Shown here: positions 11,106 through 19,774 of the stretch, one piece after another
Numbering within the stretch: the first letter of the stretch is position 1
How the letters are laid out: each line of letters opens with the position of its first letter
Origin: an uncultured Gammaproteobacteria bacterium
GTDB taxonomy: Bacteria; Pseudomonadota; Gammaproteobacteria; UBA9214
NCBI GenBank assembly: GCA_963748215.1
Contig: CAVVHS010000008.1
Location: 352,001-416,000, forward strand
Direction of reading: 5' to 3'
DNA length: 64,000 nt
Notes under the pieces: generated by a model
Database searches by the model: none
What the model saw: the letters and a program-made list of their open reading frames with translations, nothing else
Told to the model about the DNA's origin: nothing
Made by a program: the position numbers and the translations under genes

Positions 11106-11309
11106 TCAGACAAACCCGGCATCGCCCGGTTCATTTGCCAGTCGGTCTATGATCCGCGCATAGGCCCTGCCCAACGCCTTCAATTCCTCCAGCTCCAGCA
11201 TCGAGGCTGGCTGCCGCGATGCCTTGATGGCACGCTGGATCTTCTGCATGCGCCTGATGATGCGTTCGAGTTCCTCTGCGGGCGTGCCCGCAGCCGGTTC
11301 GATCTTCAT
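11106..11309 (-). CDS. Small helical hypothetical protein (67 aa)
   Basis: Strong GGAGGTG RBS, amphipathic helical sequence, co-oriented just upstream of the DUF853 gene. Confidence 0.6.
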   Translation of the reverse strand: MKIEPAAGTPAEELERIIRRMQKIQRAIKASRQPASMLELEELKALGRAYARIIDRLANEPGDAGFV

Positions 11310-11405
11310 ATCATCACCTCCCTGGGTTGGCGGGTTGCGTCCGGCGCACCGAAGGCGGCCACGTTCAGGCCGGAGCCCGTCCCGGATTAACAGCGCATGC
11401 GTATT

Positions 11406-11752
11406 CTAGCCCGCATTTCTCACCGGGCGGCAGTCATTTCACATAATGAGCTGAAATGATGGAAGTGATGCCAGTTCGGCATAAAACAGCGTGTTAACGG
11501 GCATTGCCTATCCCGGCCCTGGCTGGTTCTCGTGCACCCGTACTTGCGATGTACAGGGACGTTCAAGTGTCGCGCGAGACAGGAAGTCGGGAGCGACCTG
11601 TTCACACAAGTGGTAGCTACGGCTACCAATTTCGCTCCAGAGTGGCGTCCGGTCACACGAGCCCTCGGCAACTGCTCCATGCGTTGCTCTACCTCCTGCA
11701 TCCCTGCAGTCGTGCGCCAGCATCCGGGATCCCGGAGAGAAATGCGGGCTAG
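11406..11752. mobile_element. MITE-like non-coding element (347 bp) with 22-bp terminal inverted repeats ending in CTAG
   Basis: Left CTAGCCCGCATTTCTCACCGGG (11406-11427) and right CCCGGAGAGAAATGCGGGCTAG (11731-11752) match as inverted repeats at 21/22 positions. Internal hairpins, no credible ORF. Confidence 0.75.
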
Positions 11753-11863
11753 CGCAGGCAGCCGCCCGATGTTCCCGCCGGGCGAGACATATTTCAGCGC
11801 TTGATCGTACCCGGCATGCATTGTTTAATGCTGGCGTTCAACGCATACAAGAGAGGAACAACA

Positions 11864-12271
11864 ATGGCGTATAAAATCGAGGAAATCGAAGGCATCGGGC
11901 CTGCTTTCGCAGCGAAACTCCAGCCGGCCGGCATCAAGACGACCGCTGACCTGCTGAAGCTGTGCTGTGATGCCAAGGGTCGCAAGGCCACCGCGGAAAA
12001 GTCCGGCCTGACTGAATCCCAGCTGCTCAAGTGGGCCAACATGGCCGACCTGATGCGTATCTCAGGTATCGGTTCAGAATACTCGGAACTGCTCGAGGCG
12101 GCCGGCGTCGACACCGTGAAGGAGCTGCGCACACGCCGGGCCGACAACCTCGCCGCCAAAATGGCCGAGGTCAATGCCAGCAAGAAGCTGACGCGCGCCG
12201 TGCCTTCCGAGAAGATCGTGACCGGCTGGATCGAGCAGGCCAAGACCCTGCAGCCGCTGATCGCTCACTGA
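11864..12271 (+). CDS. DUF4332 domain protein (helix-hairpin-helix)
   Basis: MAYKIEEIEGIGP, WANMADLMRISGIGSEYSELLEAAGVDTVKEL. GAGAGG RBS; TTGATC-17-TTTAAT promoter at 11801-11829. Confidence 0.88.
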   Translation: MAYKIEEIEGIGPAFAAKLQPAGIKTTADLLKLCCDAKGRKATAEKSGLTESQLLKWANMADLMRISGIGSEYSELLEAAGVDTVKELRTRRADNLAAKMAEVNASKKLTRAVPSEKIVTGWIEQAKTLQPLIAH

Positions 12272-12640
12272 TCACGTGGAGTCGGACGGGGTCGATTCCG
12301 GCCCCGTGCCGGCGCTGTCCCCGCCGTTTCGATCGGCAGTCCTGCGCTGTGGCAGGATCAGCCTGCGCATGCGGCGCCGGCCAAGCACGTCCGACACGCT
12401 GCCGTAAATCACGGCAAGCAGCGCACCACCCAGCAACGACAGAATGAGGTAGTGGGCATTCCAGAGATAGACGAATGCCATATCCGGATAACCGGCGCGG
12501 AGCATGTCGAAGCCATGCTGAAAATCCGCCACCAGGCTGTCGCCGGACTCCGGAAACCTGAACTGCTTCGGGCGCGGCTTGTCCAGCCAGAACCACGCCA
12601 GCCAGCCGACGATGAACACCAGAAAACTGCCACGTAACAT
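12272..12640 (-). CDS. Hypothetical membrane protein (2 TM)
   Basis: Two hydrophobic segments and fills the intergenic gap; weak RBS. Confidence 0.55.
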   Translation of the reverse strand: MLRGSFLVFIVGWLAWFWLDKPRPKQFRFPESGDSLVADFQHGFDMLRAGYPDMAFVYLWNAHYLILSLLGGALLAVIYGSVSDVLGRRRMRRLILPQRRTADRNGGDSAGTGPESTPSDST

Positions 12641-12652
12641 GTGTTGGGCACC

Positions 12653-12685
12653 AAAAAAAACGGCCAGACTGGGTGAGCCTGGCCG
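12653..12685 (-). terminator. Rho-independent terminator downstream of the lipoprotein gene
   Basis: Minus strand: CGGCCAGGCT-CACCC-AGTCTGGCCG followed by T8. Confidence 0.8.
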
Positions 12686-12713
12686 CCCGTTTCAGACAGC
12701 GTAGCGCTGCTGT

Positions 12714-13079
12714 TTACTGACCCATGGTCCCGCTGGCCTTGTCCATGGCGCCAGCGGCCGCATCGGTTGCAGCCTCTTCGGTCTCAGTTGCCGTCGCATC
12801 GGCAACGCCCTGGGCCGCGTCGTGGATGGTCTCCTTGGTGGCATCGTATGCATCGGAAGCCATGTCGCTGGCGCCCTCGGCCATGTCGCCGGCGGTTTCG
12901 GACACGGCTTGGCCGGCATCGGAAGCCATTTCACCGGCATCCTCTGCCATTTCACTGGTGGATTCCATGGCCTTGTCCATCATGCCCGGCTCGGTACTGC
13001 CGGTAGCGGGCTCGTTCTTGTCGCCGCAACCGGCGAGGACCAGTGCCAGACAGGCGGCGGTAATAAGTTTGCTGTTCAT
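12714..13079 (-). CDS. Low-complexity acidic lipoprotein with Ala/Met/Asp repeats
   Basis: Lipobox LAGC; repeated EMAEDAG/EMASDAG/DMAEGAS/DMASDAY; GAGGAG RBS. Confidence 0.8.
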   Translation of the reverse strand: MNSKLITAACLALVLAGCGDKNEPATGSTEPGMMDKAMESTSEMAEDAGEMASDAGQAVSETAGDMAEGASDMASDAYDATKETIHDAAQGVADATATETEEAATDAAAGAMDKASGTMGQ

Positions 13080-13130
13080 ATCTTTACTCCTCGTTTACTG
13101 CATGGGTTAAACAAAACTCGTGAAAAATGC

Positions 13131-13562
13131 TCAGTCAATCTGTGACGTGCAGAACTTGCAACGCTTGGCCGCAATCGGAATGTCGGACAGGCACTGCGGA
13201 CACGCCTTGGTGTCCGGCGCCTTGGGCGGTTCCTCGGTCTTCAGCTTGTTCATTGCCTTGATGACCATGAAAATGGCAAAGGCGACAATCAGGAAATCCA
13301 GCACGGTATTGATGAACACACCGTAGTTAATCGTTGCTGCACCGGCCTCCTGGGCGGCGGCCAGCGACGCATAGGATTCGGTTCCGAGGTTGATAAACAG
13401 GTTGCTGAAGTCCACGCCGCCCATGAGCTTGCCGAGTGGCGGCATCAGCACATCCTTGACGAAGGAACTGACGATCTTGCCGAATGCCGCACCGATGACG
13501 ATACCGACGGCCATATCGACAACGTTGCCGCGCATGGCAAATTTTTTGAATTCTTCTAACAT
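13131..13562 (-). CDS. mscL: Large-conductance mechanosensitive channel with C-terminal CxxC..CxxC extension
   Basis: [45 protein letters not shown]; tail CPQC...CKFC. Confidence 0.95.
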   Translation of the reverse strand: MLEEFKKFAMRGNVVDMAVGIVIGAAFGKIVSSFVKDVLMPPLGKLMGGVDFSNLFINLGTESYASLAAAQEAGAATINYGVFINTVLDFLIVAFAIFMVIKAMNKLKTEEPPKAPDTKACPQCLSDIPIAAKRCKFCTSQID

Positions 13563-13806
13563 AGCTTGCTCCCGGCTTATTCAGTCGATGACATCCTGTT
13601 TACAGGGCGCATATTATATAAGGCCACAGGCAGAATTTTACTTTTTTTACCCATCTTTTTTTTAATATATTACAAAGAGTTGAAAGAACGTGTCGCCAAT
13701 CGGAAACACTCGCAGCCATGCATTGACCGGCCAATGCATGGCAAACCCGAAGCGCCGCGGGTCGATACCACGCCGAACACCCGCAGCTCACTGAGGTCGC
13801 ATCCGC

Positions 13807-14460
13807 ATGGATATCACACATACCATCGCACTCACCATGGGCGTTGCCTGGGCCAGCGGCATCAACCTGTATGCCGCGATCCTGGTGCTGGGCTACCTCG
13901 GCACGACGGGCAATATCGACCTCCCGCCCGGGCTGGAAATACTCACCGACCCGATGGTGATGCTGGCGGCCGGCGCCATGTACTGCGTGGAGTTCTTCGC
14001 TGACAAGATACCGGGCGTGGATACCGGCTGGGACGGCCTGTCCACGTTTATCCGCATCCCGGCCGGCGCCATCCTCGCGGCCGGTGCGATCGGCGAGGTC
14101 GGCCAGGCCGCACAGCTGGCGGCCGGTATCGCGGGCGGCACCCTGGCAGCCGGCACCCATGCCACCAAGACCGGCTCGCGTGTGCTGATCAACGCCTCGC
14201 CGGAGCCGTTCTCCAACTGGTTTGCCTCGGTGGGCGAAGACGTGGCCGTGATCGCGGGCCTGTGGACTGCATTGCACAACCCCGCGCTGTTCATCGTCCT
14301 GCTGGTGCTGTTCATCCTGCTGATGATCTGGCTGCTGCCGAAACTGTGGCGCGGCATCAAAAAGGTATTTGGTTGGCTTGGCCGACTGTTCGGCGCGGGC
14401 GCGCGCGACCCGACGCCGGAAACAGGTGCCGGTGACAGCAAGGGTACACGGCAGCCATGA
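13807..14460 (+). CDS. DUF4126 membrane protein
   Basis: AWASGINLYA, EFFADKIPGVD, INASPEPFSNW. Confidence 0.85.
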   Translation: MDITHTIALTMGVAWASGINLYAAILVLGYLGTTGNIDLPPGLEILTDPMVMLAAGAMYCVEFFADKIPGVDTGWDGLSTFIRIPAGAILAAGAIGEVGQAAQLAAGIAGGTLAAGTHATKTGSRVLINASPEPFSNWFASVGEDVAVIAGLWTALHNPALFIVLLVLFILLMIWLLPKLWRGIKKVFGWLGRLFGAGARDPTPETGAGDSKGTRQP

Positions 14461-15011
14461 AGCACTCGCTGCTCACGCTGCTTGCGATCGCCCTGCCCGT
14501 CACCCTGGGCTGGCTCCTGTTCGCACCTGACGTGCTCCGGACCAGCCCGGACATCAGCCTGCTCGACCTTGACGGCAACGAGCTGCACCTGGTGGATTAC
14601 CGCGGCAGGCCGCTGCTGGTCACGTTCTGGGCCACGACCTGCACCGGCTGTGTCAGGGAAATTCCGCACCTGATCGAACTGTACCGGGAGCTGGCGCCGC
14701 AAGGGCTGGAGATCATCGGCGTCGCCATGAACTACGACCCGCCCAACCACGTACTCGCCATGCGCGATGCCCGCCGCATACCCTACCCGATCGCGCTCGA
14801 CATCCATGCCGACGCGGCACGCGCCTTCGGCGATGTGCGGCTCACGCCGACCACCTTCCTCATCGCGCCGGACGGGCGTATCGTCTACTGGAAGAGCGGC
14901 GAACTGGACCTGGACAAGCTGCGGGCGGACATCATCGGCCTGCTGCAGCAGGCTGCTATCGCCACCGCCTGCAACAACAAACCACAGGAATTTCCGTCAT
15001 GCTCTGGGTAA
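14457..15011 (+). CDS. TlpA/ResA-like thioredoxin-fold protein
   Basis: N-terminal anchor; FWATTCTGCVREIP (CxxC) and PTTFLI cis-Pro motif. Confidence 0.88.
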   Translation: MKHSLLTLLAIALPVTLGWLLFAPDVLRTSPDISLLDLDGNELHLVDYRGRPLLVTFWATTCTGCVREIPHLIELYRELAPQGLEIIGVAMNYDPPNHVLAMRDARRIPYPIALDIHADAARAFGDVRLTPTTFLIAPDGRIVYWKSGELDLDKLRADIIGLLQQAAIATACNNKPQEFPSCSG

Positions 15012-15421
15012 AGGGATTGCACGTCATTTTCATGGTCACCTGGTTCGCCGGGCTGTTTTATCTGCCACGCCTGTTCGTCTACCACGCCGACGCGCGGGAT
15101 GAAATCAGCCACGCCCGCTTCCTGGTCATGGAGCGCAAGCTGTTCGCCATTATGACCATAGGCGCCGTGATCACGGCGGTCTTCGGCATCTGGATGCTGG
15201 CCGACTATGCCTGGTCGGCCTACCGGTCATCCGGCTGGCTGCACGCCAAGCTCGCGCTGGTCGGCGGGCTAATCGTGTTTCATCTCTACTGCCTGATAAT
15301 CATGCGCGAGTTCCGCGCCGGCACCGCACAGCACAGTCACGTTTTCTATCGCTGGATCAATGAAATTCCTGCGCTGCTGCTGGTCGCCATCGTACTGCTC
15401 GCCGTGGTGAAACCCTTCTGA
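14999..15421 (+). CDS. hemJ: Protoporphyrinogen IX oxidase HemJ (CopD/UPF0093 family)
   Basis: WVKGLHVIFMVTWFAGLFYLPRLFVYH, WLHAKL, RWINEIP, VVKPF. Confidence 0.9.
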   Translation: MLWVKGLHVIFMVTWFAGLFYLPRLFVYHADARDEISHARFLVMERKLFAIMTIGAVITAVFGIWMLADYAWSAYRSSGWLHAKLALVGGLIVFHLYCLIIMREFRAGTAQHSHVFYRWINEIPALLLVAIVLLAVVKPF

Positions 15422-15498
15422 TTGCAGGGACTCCACAACGACAACCCCCGGTGCACCGGTTACAATAGAGACAAAGTTCAACCCTGAGGAAATGATTC

Positions 15499-15783
15499 AT
15501 GAGCCGTATCGTCAACTGTGTCGTACTCAAGCGTGAAGCCGAGGGACTGGACCACATTCCGCATCCTGGCTCGCTGGGTGAGCGTATCTATGAAAATGTT
15601 TCCGCGGAGGGCTGGAAGCAGTGGCTCGAGCGTCTCACCATGATCATCAACGAGAACGGGCTGAATACCGCCGATCCCGGCAGCATAGAGGTGATCGAGC
15701 AGCATATGCTCGGTTTCCTGTTCGGCGAAGGCGAGATGGGCGGCACACCGCAGGGATTTCAAGCGCCCGGCGCCAAGAAGTAA
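15499..15783 (+). CDS. YggX-like Fe(II)-trafficking/oxidative damage protection protein (divergent paralog)
   Basis: MSRIVNCVVLKREAEGL..PG.LG.RIYENVS.EGWKQW..TMIINE; conserved Cys7; GAGG RBS. Confidence 0.85.
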   Translation: MSRIVNCVVLKREAEGLDHIPHPGSLGERIYENVSAEGWKQWLERLTMIINENGLNTADPGSIEVIEQHMLGFLFGEGEMGGTPQGFQAPGAKK

Positions 15784-17046
15784 TCAGGCACCGGCACGCT
15801 CGTCCTGCATACGCAGCAACGGGGCCACCACGATATCCAGTTCCGCGAAGGCCGCGCGCAGCGCGGCCTCGGCCTGTGCGGGTGTCGGCGCCCGCGCAAA
15901 CATGAAGCCGAGGTAGCTCGCCCCCTCCGGCAACGGCACGAGTTCATACCCTTCCCTGATCGAGATCGAGATATCCTCGATATACGGCACCGCACGCGCC
16001 GCGCTGATACCCTCGATGCGACGCAGGATACCGGCGCGCGCTATGGGGATCATCAATACGCCCGCGGCATCCAGCGGCCGTTCGAACCCGACCGGCTCTC
16101 CGCTTGCGTGTGCGATCACCAGCTCCTCAAGGCCGTGACCGGTCGCCGCACGCAGCAGGCGCGCGCACTCGCCACCGATGGTACGCGCGGCCACTTCCAT
16201 GATGACGCAACCCCGGGTGGCGATTCGCAACTCGGCATGCACCGGGCCTTCGCGCAGGCCGAGCGCGCGGCAGGCAGTCTCTACGCAGGCAGTGATTTGC
16301 CGCTGCACGTCTGGCGCATGCCGTGACGGCATGATGTAGTAGGTCTCTTCGAAGAACGGCCCTTCGAGCGGATCCGGCTTGTCGAAAATCGCCAGCACCT
16401 GCAGTGCGCCGCGCATGAGTAGCCCTTCCAGCGCCACTTCCGGCCCGGACACGAAGGTTTCCTGCAGCAGGTGCATGGCGGCAAACCGGTCATGCGGCGC
16501 TTCCTGCGCCAGGATCGCCTGGATGCGTGCGCAGGCGGACAGGGCCTCGGCCAGGGTATCGACGCGCATGACACCGCGACTGCCGGACATCGTCAGCGGC
16601 TTGATGACGCACGGAAACGGCAGCGACTCCAGTTGCGCTGCCAGCGGCTGAGCGAGATCGATCACCCGGAAATCGGGAACGCCCGCACCGGCCTCCGCCA
16701 GCGCCTGTCGCGACAGGTCCTTGCGCCGGGTGCGCCGTGCCGCAGCCGGCGGATTGTGCGGCAAGCCGAGTTGTATGGCGACACGGCTGGCGAGTTCCAC
16801 GGTGCCATCATCGGTGGCCACCACGCCGCTGAACGGCCGCTCCCGGTTCGCCTCCAGCAGGGCTTCCACCGCCCCGGGATCGGCCAGATCGACGTGCAGG
16901 CCACCGGCAATCTCGCTGACCAGGGAATGCCTGCCCTCGGATGCAACCAGCACATCGATGTGACGCGCGCGCGCCGCGGCAAGATAGGCAGCGGTGCGAT
17001 AACTGTTGGGTGGCGCGATCAGCAGCAGACGCGGTTCCGCTTTCAA
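15784..17046 (-). CDS. ATP-grasp domain protein (L-amino acid ligase-like), substrate unknown
   Basis: PCVIKP..SGSRGV, ETFVSGPEVALEG, GPVHAELR, MEVAARTIGG. TTG start, uncertain. Confidence 0.85.
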   Translation of the reverse strand: MKAEPRLLLIAPPNSYRTAAYLAAARARHIDVLVASEGRHSLVSEIAGGLHVDLADPGAVEALLEANRERPFSGVVATDDGTVELASRVAIQLGLPHNPPAAARRTRRKDLSRQALAEAGAGVPDFRVIDLAQPLAAQLESLPFPCVIKPLTMSGSRGVMRVDTLAEALSACARIQAILAQEAPHDRFAAMHLLQETFVSGPEVALEGLLMRGALQVLAIFDKPDPLEGPFFEETYYIMPSRHAPDVQRQITACVETACRALGLREGPVHAELRIATRGCVIMEVAARTIGGECARLLRAATGHGLEELVIAHASGEPVGFERPLDAAGVLMIPIARAGILRRIEGISAARAVPYIEDISISIREGYELVPLPEGASYLGFMFARAPTPAQAEAALRAAFAELDIVVAPLLRMQDERAGA

Positions 17047-17276
17047 GCGATGTGCACCTGACAGGTCAGGGTGCGAGATGCCAGCACGCCGGCTGCCGTC
17101 ACGAGGTGTGGCGGGCTGACAGGGAAAATGCAGTTCGAGGCTGACGCAAGGGTGTGATGCAGACGGCCATGATTTTGTCTGCAGCCATTATCCGGCGCTG
17201 TGCGGTCCCCGGCGTAACGGAAAGGGTGTGACGCCGGGAACAGTTTGCGACGGATTGCCGCGGGCAACGCGTTGTA

Positions 17277-17669
17277 TCAGGCGCAGCCGCCGCCGGCTGA
17301 ACCGCAGGCACCACAGGTCCCCGAGCCGCCGGTGACCGCGAAGGCATTATTGAATACGAAACTGGCGCCGGTCGGGCGCTCCACATAATCGATTTCCACG
17401 CCACGCAGGAAATTCAGGGCCACGGCGTCAACATAGACCTCGAAACCCTCCTCCTTGCGTACACTGTCGTACTCGGAACGGGCATCGGTGAAAGTCATGC
17501 CATAGCCCATGCCGCCGCAGCCGCCGCCGGACACGAACACGCGGATGGCCTTGAGATCATCCTCTTCCACCTGGCTGAAAAGTTCCAGCATCTTCTCGCG
17601 TGCCGTTGCGGTCAGGGCCAGGTCGGATGTCGATAATTCCATGCTGTAGTCTGTAGCTGTAGTTGCCAT
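17277..17669 (-). CDS. HesB/IscA-family A-type Fe-S carrier with atypical Cys-rich C-terminus
   Basis: RVFVSGGGCGGMGYGMTF, VYVDAVAL..L.GVEIDY; tail TCGACGSAGGGCA. Start placed at ATG 17669 after GGAG. Confidence 0.85.
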   Translation of the reverse strand: MATTATDYSMELSTSDLALTATAREKMLELFSQVEEDDLKAIRVFVSGGGCGGMGYGMTFTDARSEYDSVRKEEGFEVYVDAVALNFLRGVEIDYVERPTGASFVFNNAFAVTGGSGTCGACGSAGGGCA

Positions 17670-17856
17670 TGCAAACTCCGTCAATCGTAAGGAAAGGGAC
17701 TGTATTGTGATCAATATATAGGCTGAGCTTGATGTATTCCAGCCCCCTGATGGGATGTAACCATCCTGCACACGTCAATAAATATTCATTTTTTTACAGT
17801 TAGTTGAGTAACCCCCAGGGTCGGCCAGTTACGGGTGGCAACAGACCATAAATCTG

Positions 17857-17896
17857 AATGATAATGATTTGCATTTAGACTTGCATTATGTAGAAT
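17857..17896 (+). promoter_or_regulatory. Fur box overlapping a sigma70 promoter
   Basis: AATGATAATGATTTGCATTT resembles the Fur consensus GATAATGATAATCATTATC. -35 TTGCAT (17869-74), 16 bp spacer, -10 TAGAAT (17891-96). Confidence 0.78.
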
Positions 17897-17934
17897 GGGC
17901 GCAGGTTTCCATTCAAAACAGGAGTCTCGTCGTT

Positions 17935-19185
17935 ATGAAGTACCCTGCCCTGCCCCTTGCCCTGCTCATCACCGCATTCGGCCTGCCGGCGGCCGGCTAT
18001 GCCGATTCGCCCCTGCCGACTGCCGAGGAAATGTGGGAGATCATCCAGAGCCAGCAGAAGGAAATCGAGGCACTGAAGCGTCAGCAACAGACCACGGAAC
18101 AGAAGGCGACGGCGGCCGACGAAAAGGCCGAAGCCGCGGTGGTTGCCGTGGAAAGCGGCACGGGTGGCAGTACCGCCGGCAGCAGCTGGGCCGACCGTAC
18201 GCAGATCGGCGGTTACGGTGAACTGCACTACAACAACATCGATGCCAGCGATCCGGCCAGATGACAACAAGGAAATCGATTTCCACCGCTTCGTGCTCTA
18301 TGCCGGCCATCAATTCACCGACGACATCCGCTTCTTCTCGGAATTCGAGATCGAGCACAGCATTGCGGGTGAAGGGCAGAACGGCGAAGTGGAGGTCGAG
18401 CAGGCCTACCTGGAGTTCGACCTGCGGATGACAATGCTGCAGGCCCGCGGCGGCGTGTTCCTGCTGCCGGTCGGCATCCTCAATGAAACCCACGAGCCCA
18501 ATACCTTCTACGGCGTGGAACGCAACGACGTGGAAAGCATCATCATCCCCGCCACCTGGTGGGCCGGTGGCGCCGGCCATCAGCGGCCGGCATGCCAACG
18601 GCATCAGCTGGGACCTGGCCGTCCACGAGGGCCTGATGATGCCAACCAGCGGAAGCAGTGCGTTCCGCGTGCGCAGCGGCCGGCAAAAAACCAGCGAGGC
18701 CAGCGCCGAGGATCTGGCCTGGAGCGGCCGCCTGCGCTACACCGGCATCCCGGGCCTGGAGCTCGCCGCCAGCGCGAACTACCAGACCGATGCCTCGCAG
18801 GTCGGCGGTGACGGCCTGGACTCCGGCCTGCTGCTCGAGACCCACCTCGTCTACACGAAGGGACCGTTCGGTCTGCGCGCACTGTATGCGCAGTGGGACT
18901 TCGACGGTACGGCGGTAGCGGCCGCGGATGCCGACAGGCAGACCGGCTGGTACATCGAACCCAGCTTCAGGGTACGCAACGATGTCGGGCTGTACACCCG
19001 CTATGAGGACATCGAGGCCGCCCGCAGCCAGGACCGGTTCAACCAGTGGGAGGTCGGCGTCAACTACTGGCCGCATGAAGACGTGGTGACTCAAGGCGGA
19101 CTACCGCAGCCGTGACCATGACCTGGCTGCGGAGGCCGGCCGTGATTTCGATGCCTTCGACCTCGGTATCGGCTACCAGTTCTGA
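17935..19185 (+). CDS. Outer-membrane porin with N-terminal coiled coil; at least 3 frameshifts
   Basis: Signal peptide plus coiled coil, then IGGYGELHYNN / EIDFHRFVLY..EIEH..VEVEQAY..NETHEPNTFYGVERN / RSGRQK..NYWPHEDVV / LKADY..DLGIGYQF* across frames. Shifts near 18260, 18578 and 19090; terminal Phe typical of beta-barrels. Confidence 0.8.
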
Positions 19186-19240
19186 CTGGTCGACAAGCCA
19201 CTGTCCGGATGATCAGCATCTGCTATCCTTGCGACCCGCC

Positions 19241-19774
19241 ATGTTCAGACTGCTCGCCATTCTGGTATTCCTGTCACCGGCCGGTCCGCTGCTGGCCGGT
19301 GACGTTTACCAGTCCCAGCAGGATTTCCTGCAGGAAGTCTTTGCCGGCGATCCGCCGCCGGCCAGCGTGCTCTGGCTCCGGGACGGGATACGCACGACCA
19401 GCACGGACATCCTCGGCCATCCCTACCCCGGACTGCGCATCCGCTACTGGCTGCAGGACGCGCGCAGCGCCTGGATACTCGAGGAAATCGGCAAGGAAAA
19501 GCCCATCACCGTCGGGCTGGTGGTCAATACGCAGGGCATCGAGCTGGTACGGGTCCTCGCCTTCCGCGAGAGTCGCGGCTGGGAGGTACGCTACCCGTTC
19601 TTCACCGACCAGTTCAGGGGTATCGGACTGACCGATGGCCATGCACTCGACAAACCCATCGACGGCATTTCAGGTGCAACCCTCTCGGTACGCGCCCTGG
19701 AAAAACTCGCACGCCTCGCTCTCTACCTGCACAGCCAGGCAGCTACCCTGCATGACCCGCCAGCCGCGAACTAA
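19241..19774 (+). CDS. Periplasmic FMN-binding domain protein
   Basis: Signal peptide; EEIGKEKPIT, FRESRGWEV; ApbE flavinylation motif in IDGISGATLS. Confidence 0.85.
   Translation: MFRLLAILVFLSPAGPLLAGDVYQSQQDFLQEVFAGDPPPASVLWLRDGIRTTSTDILGHPYPGLRIRYWLQDARSAWILEEIGKEKPITVGLVVNTQGIELVRVLAFRESRGWEVRYPFFTDQFRGIGLTDGHALDKPIDGISGATLSVRALEKLARLALYLHSQAATLHDPPAAN

Noticed and set aside
11420-11821. ORFs of 71-133 aa within the inverted-repeat element
   Set aside because: No RBS, no transposase motif and atypical composition; better explained as non-coding repeat.
17043-17279. Possible selenocysteine read-through of the HesB-like TGA into the 74-aa frame
   Set aside because: All expected Cys residues are already present, the downstream peptide looks random, and no SECIS-like stem was evident.
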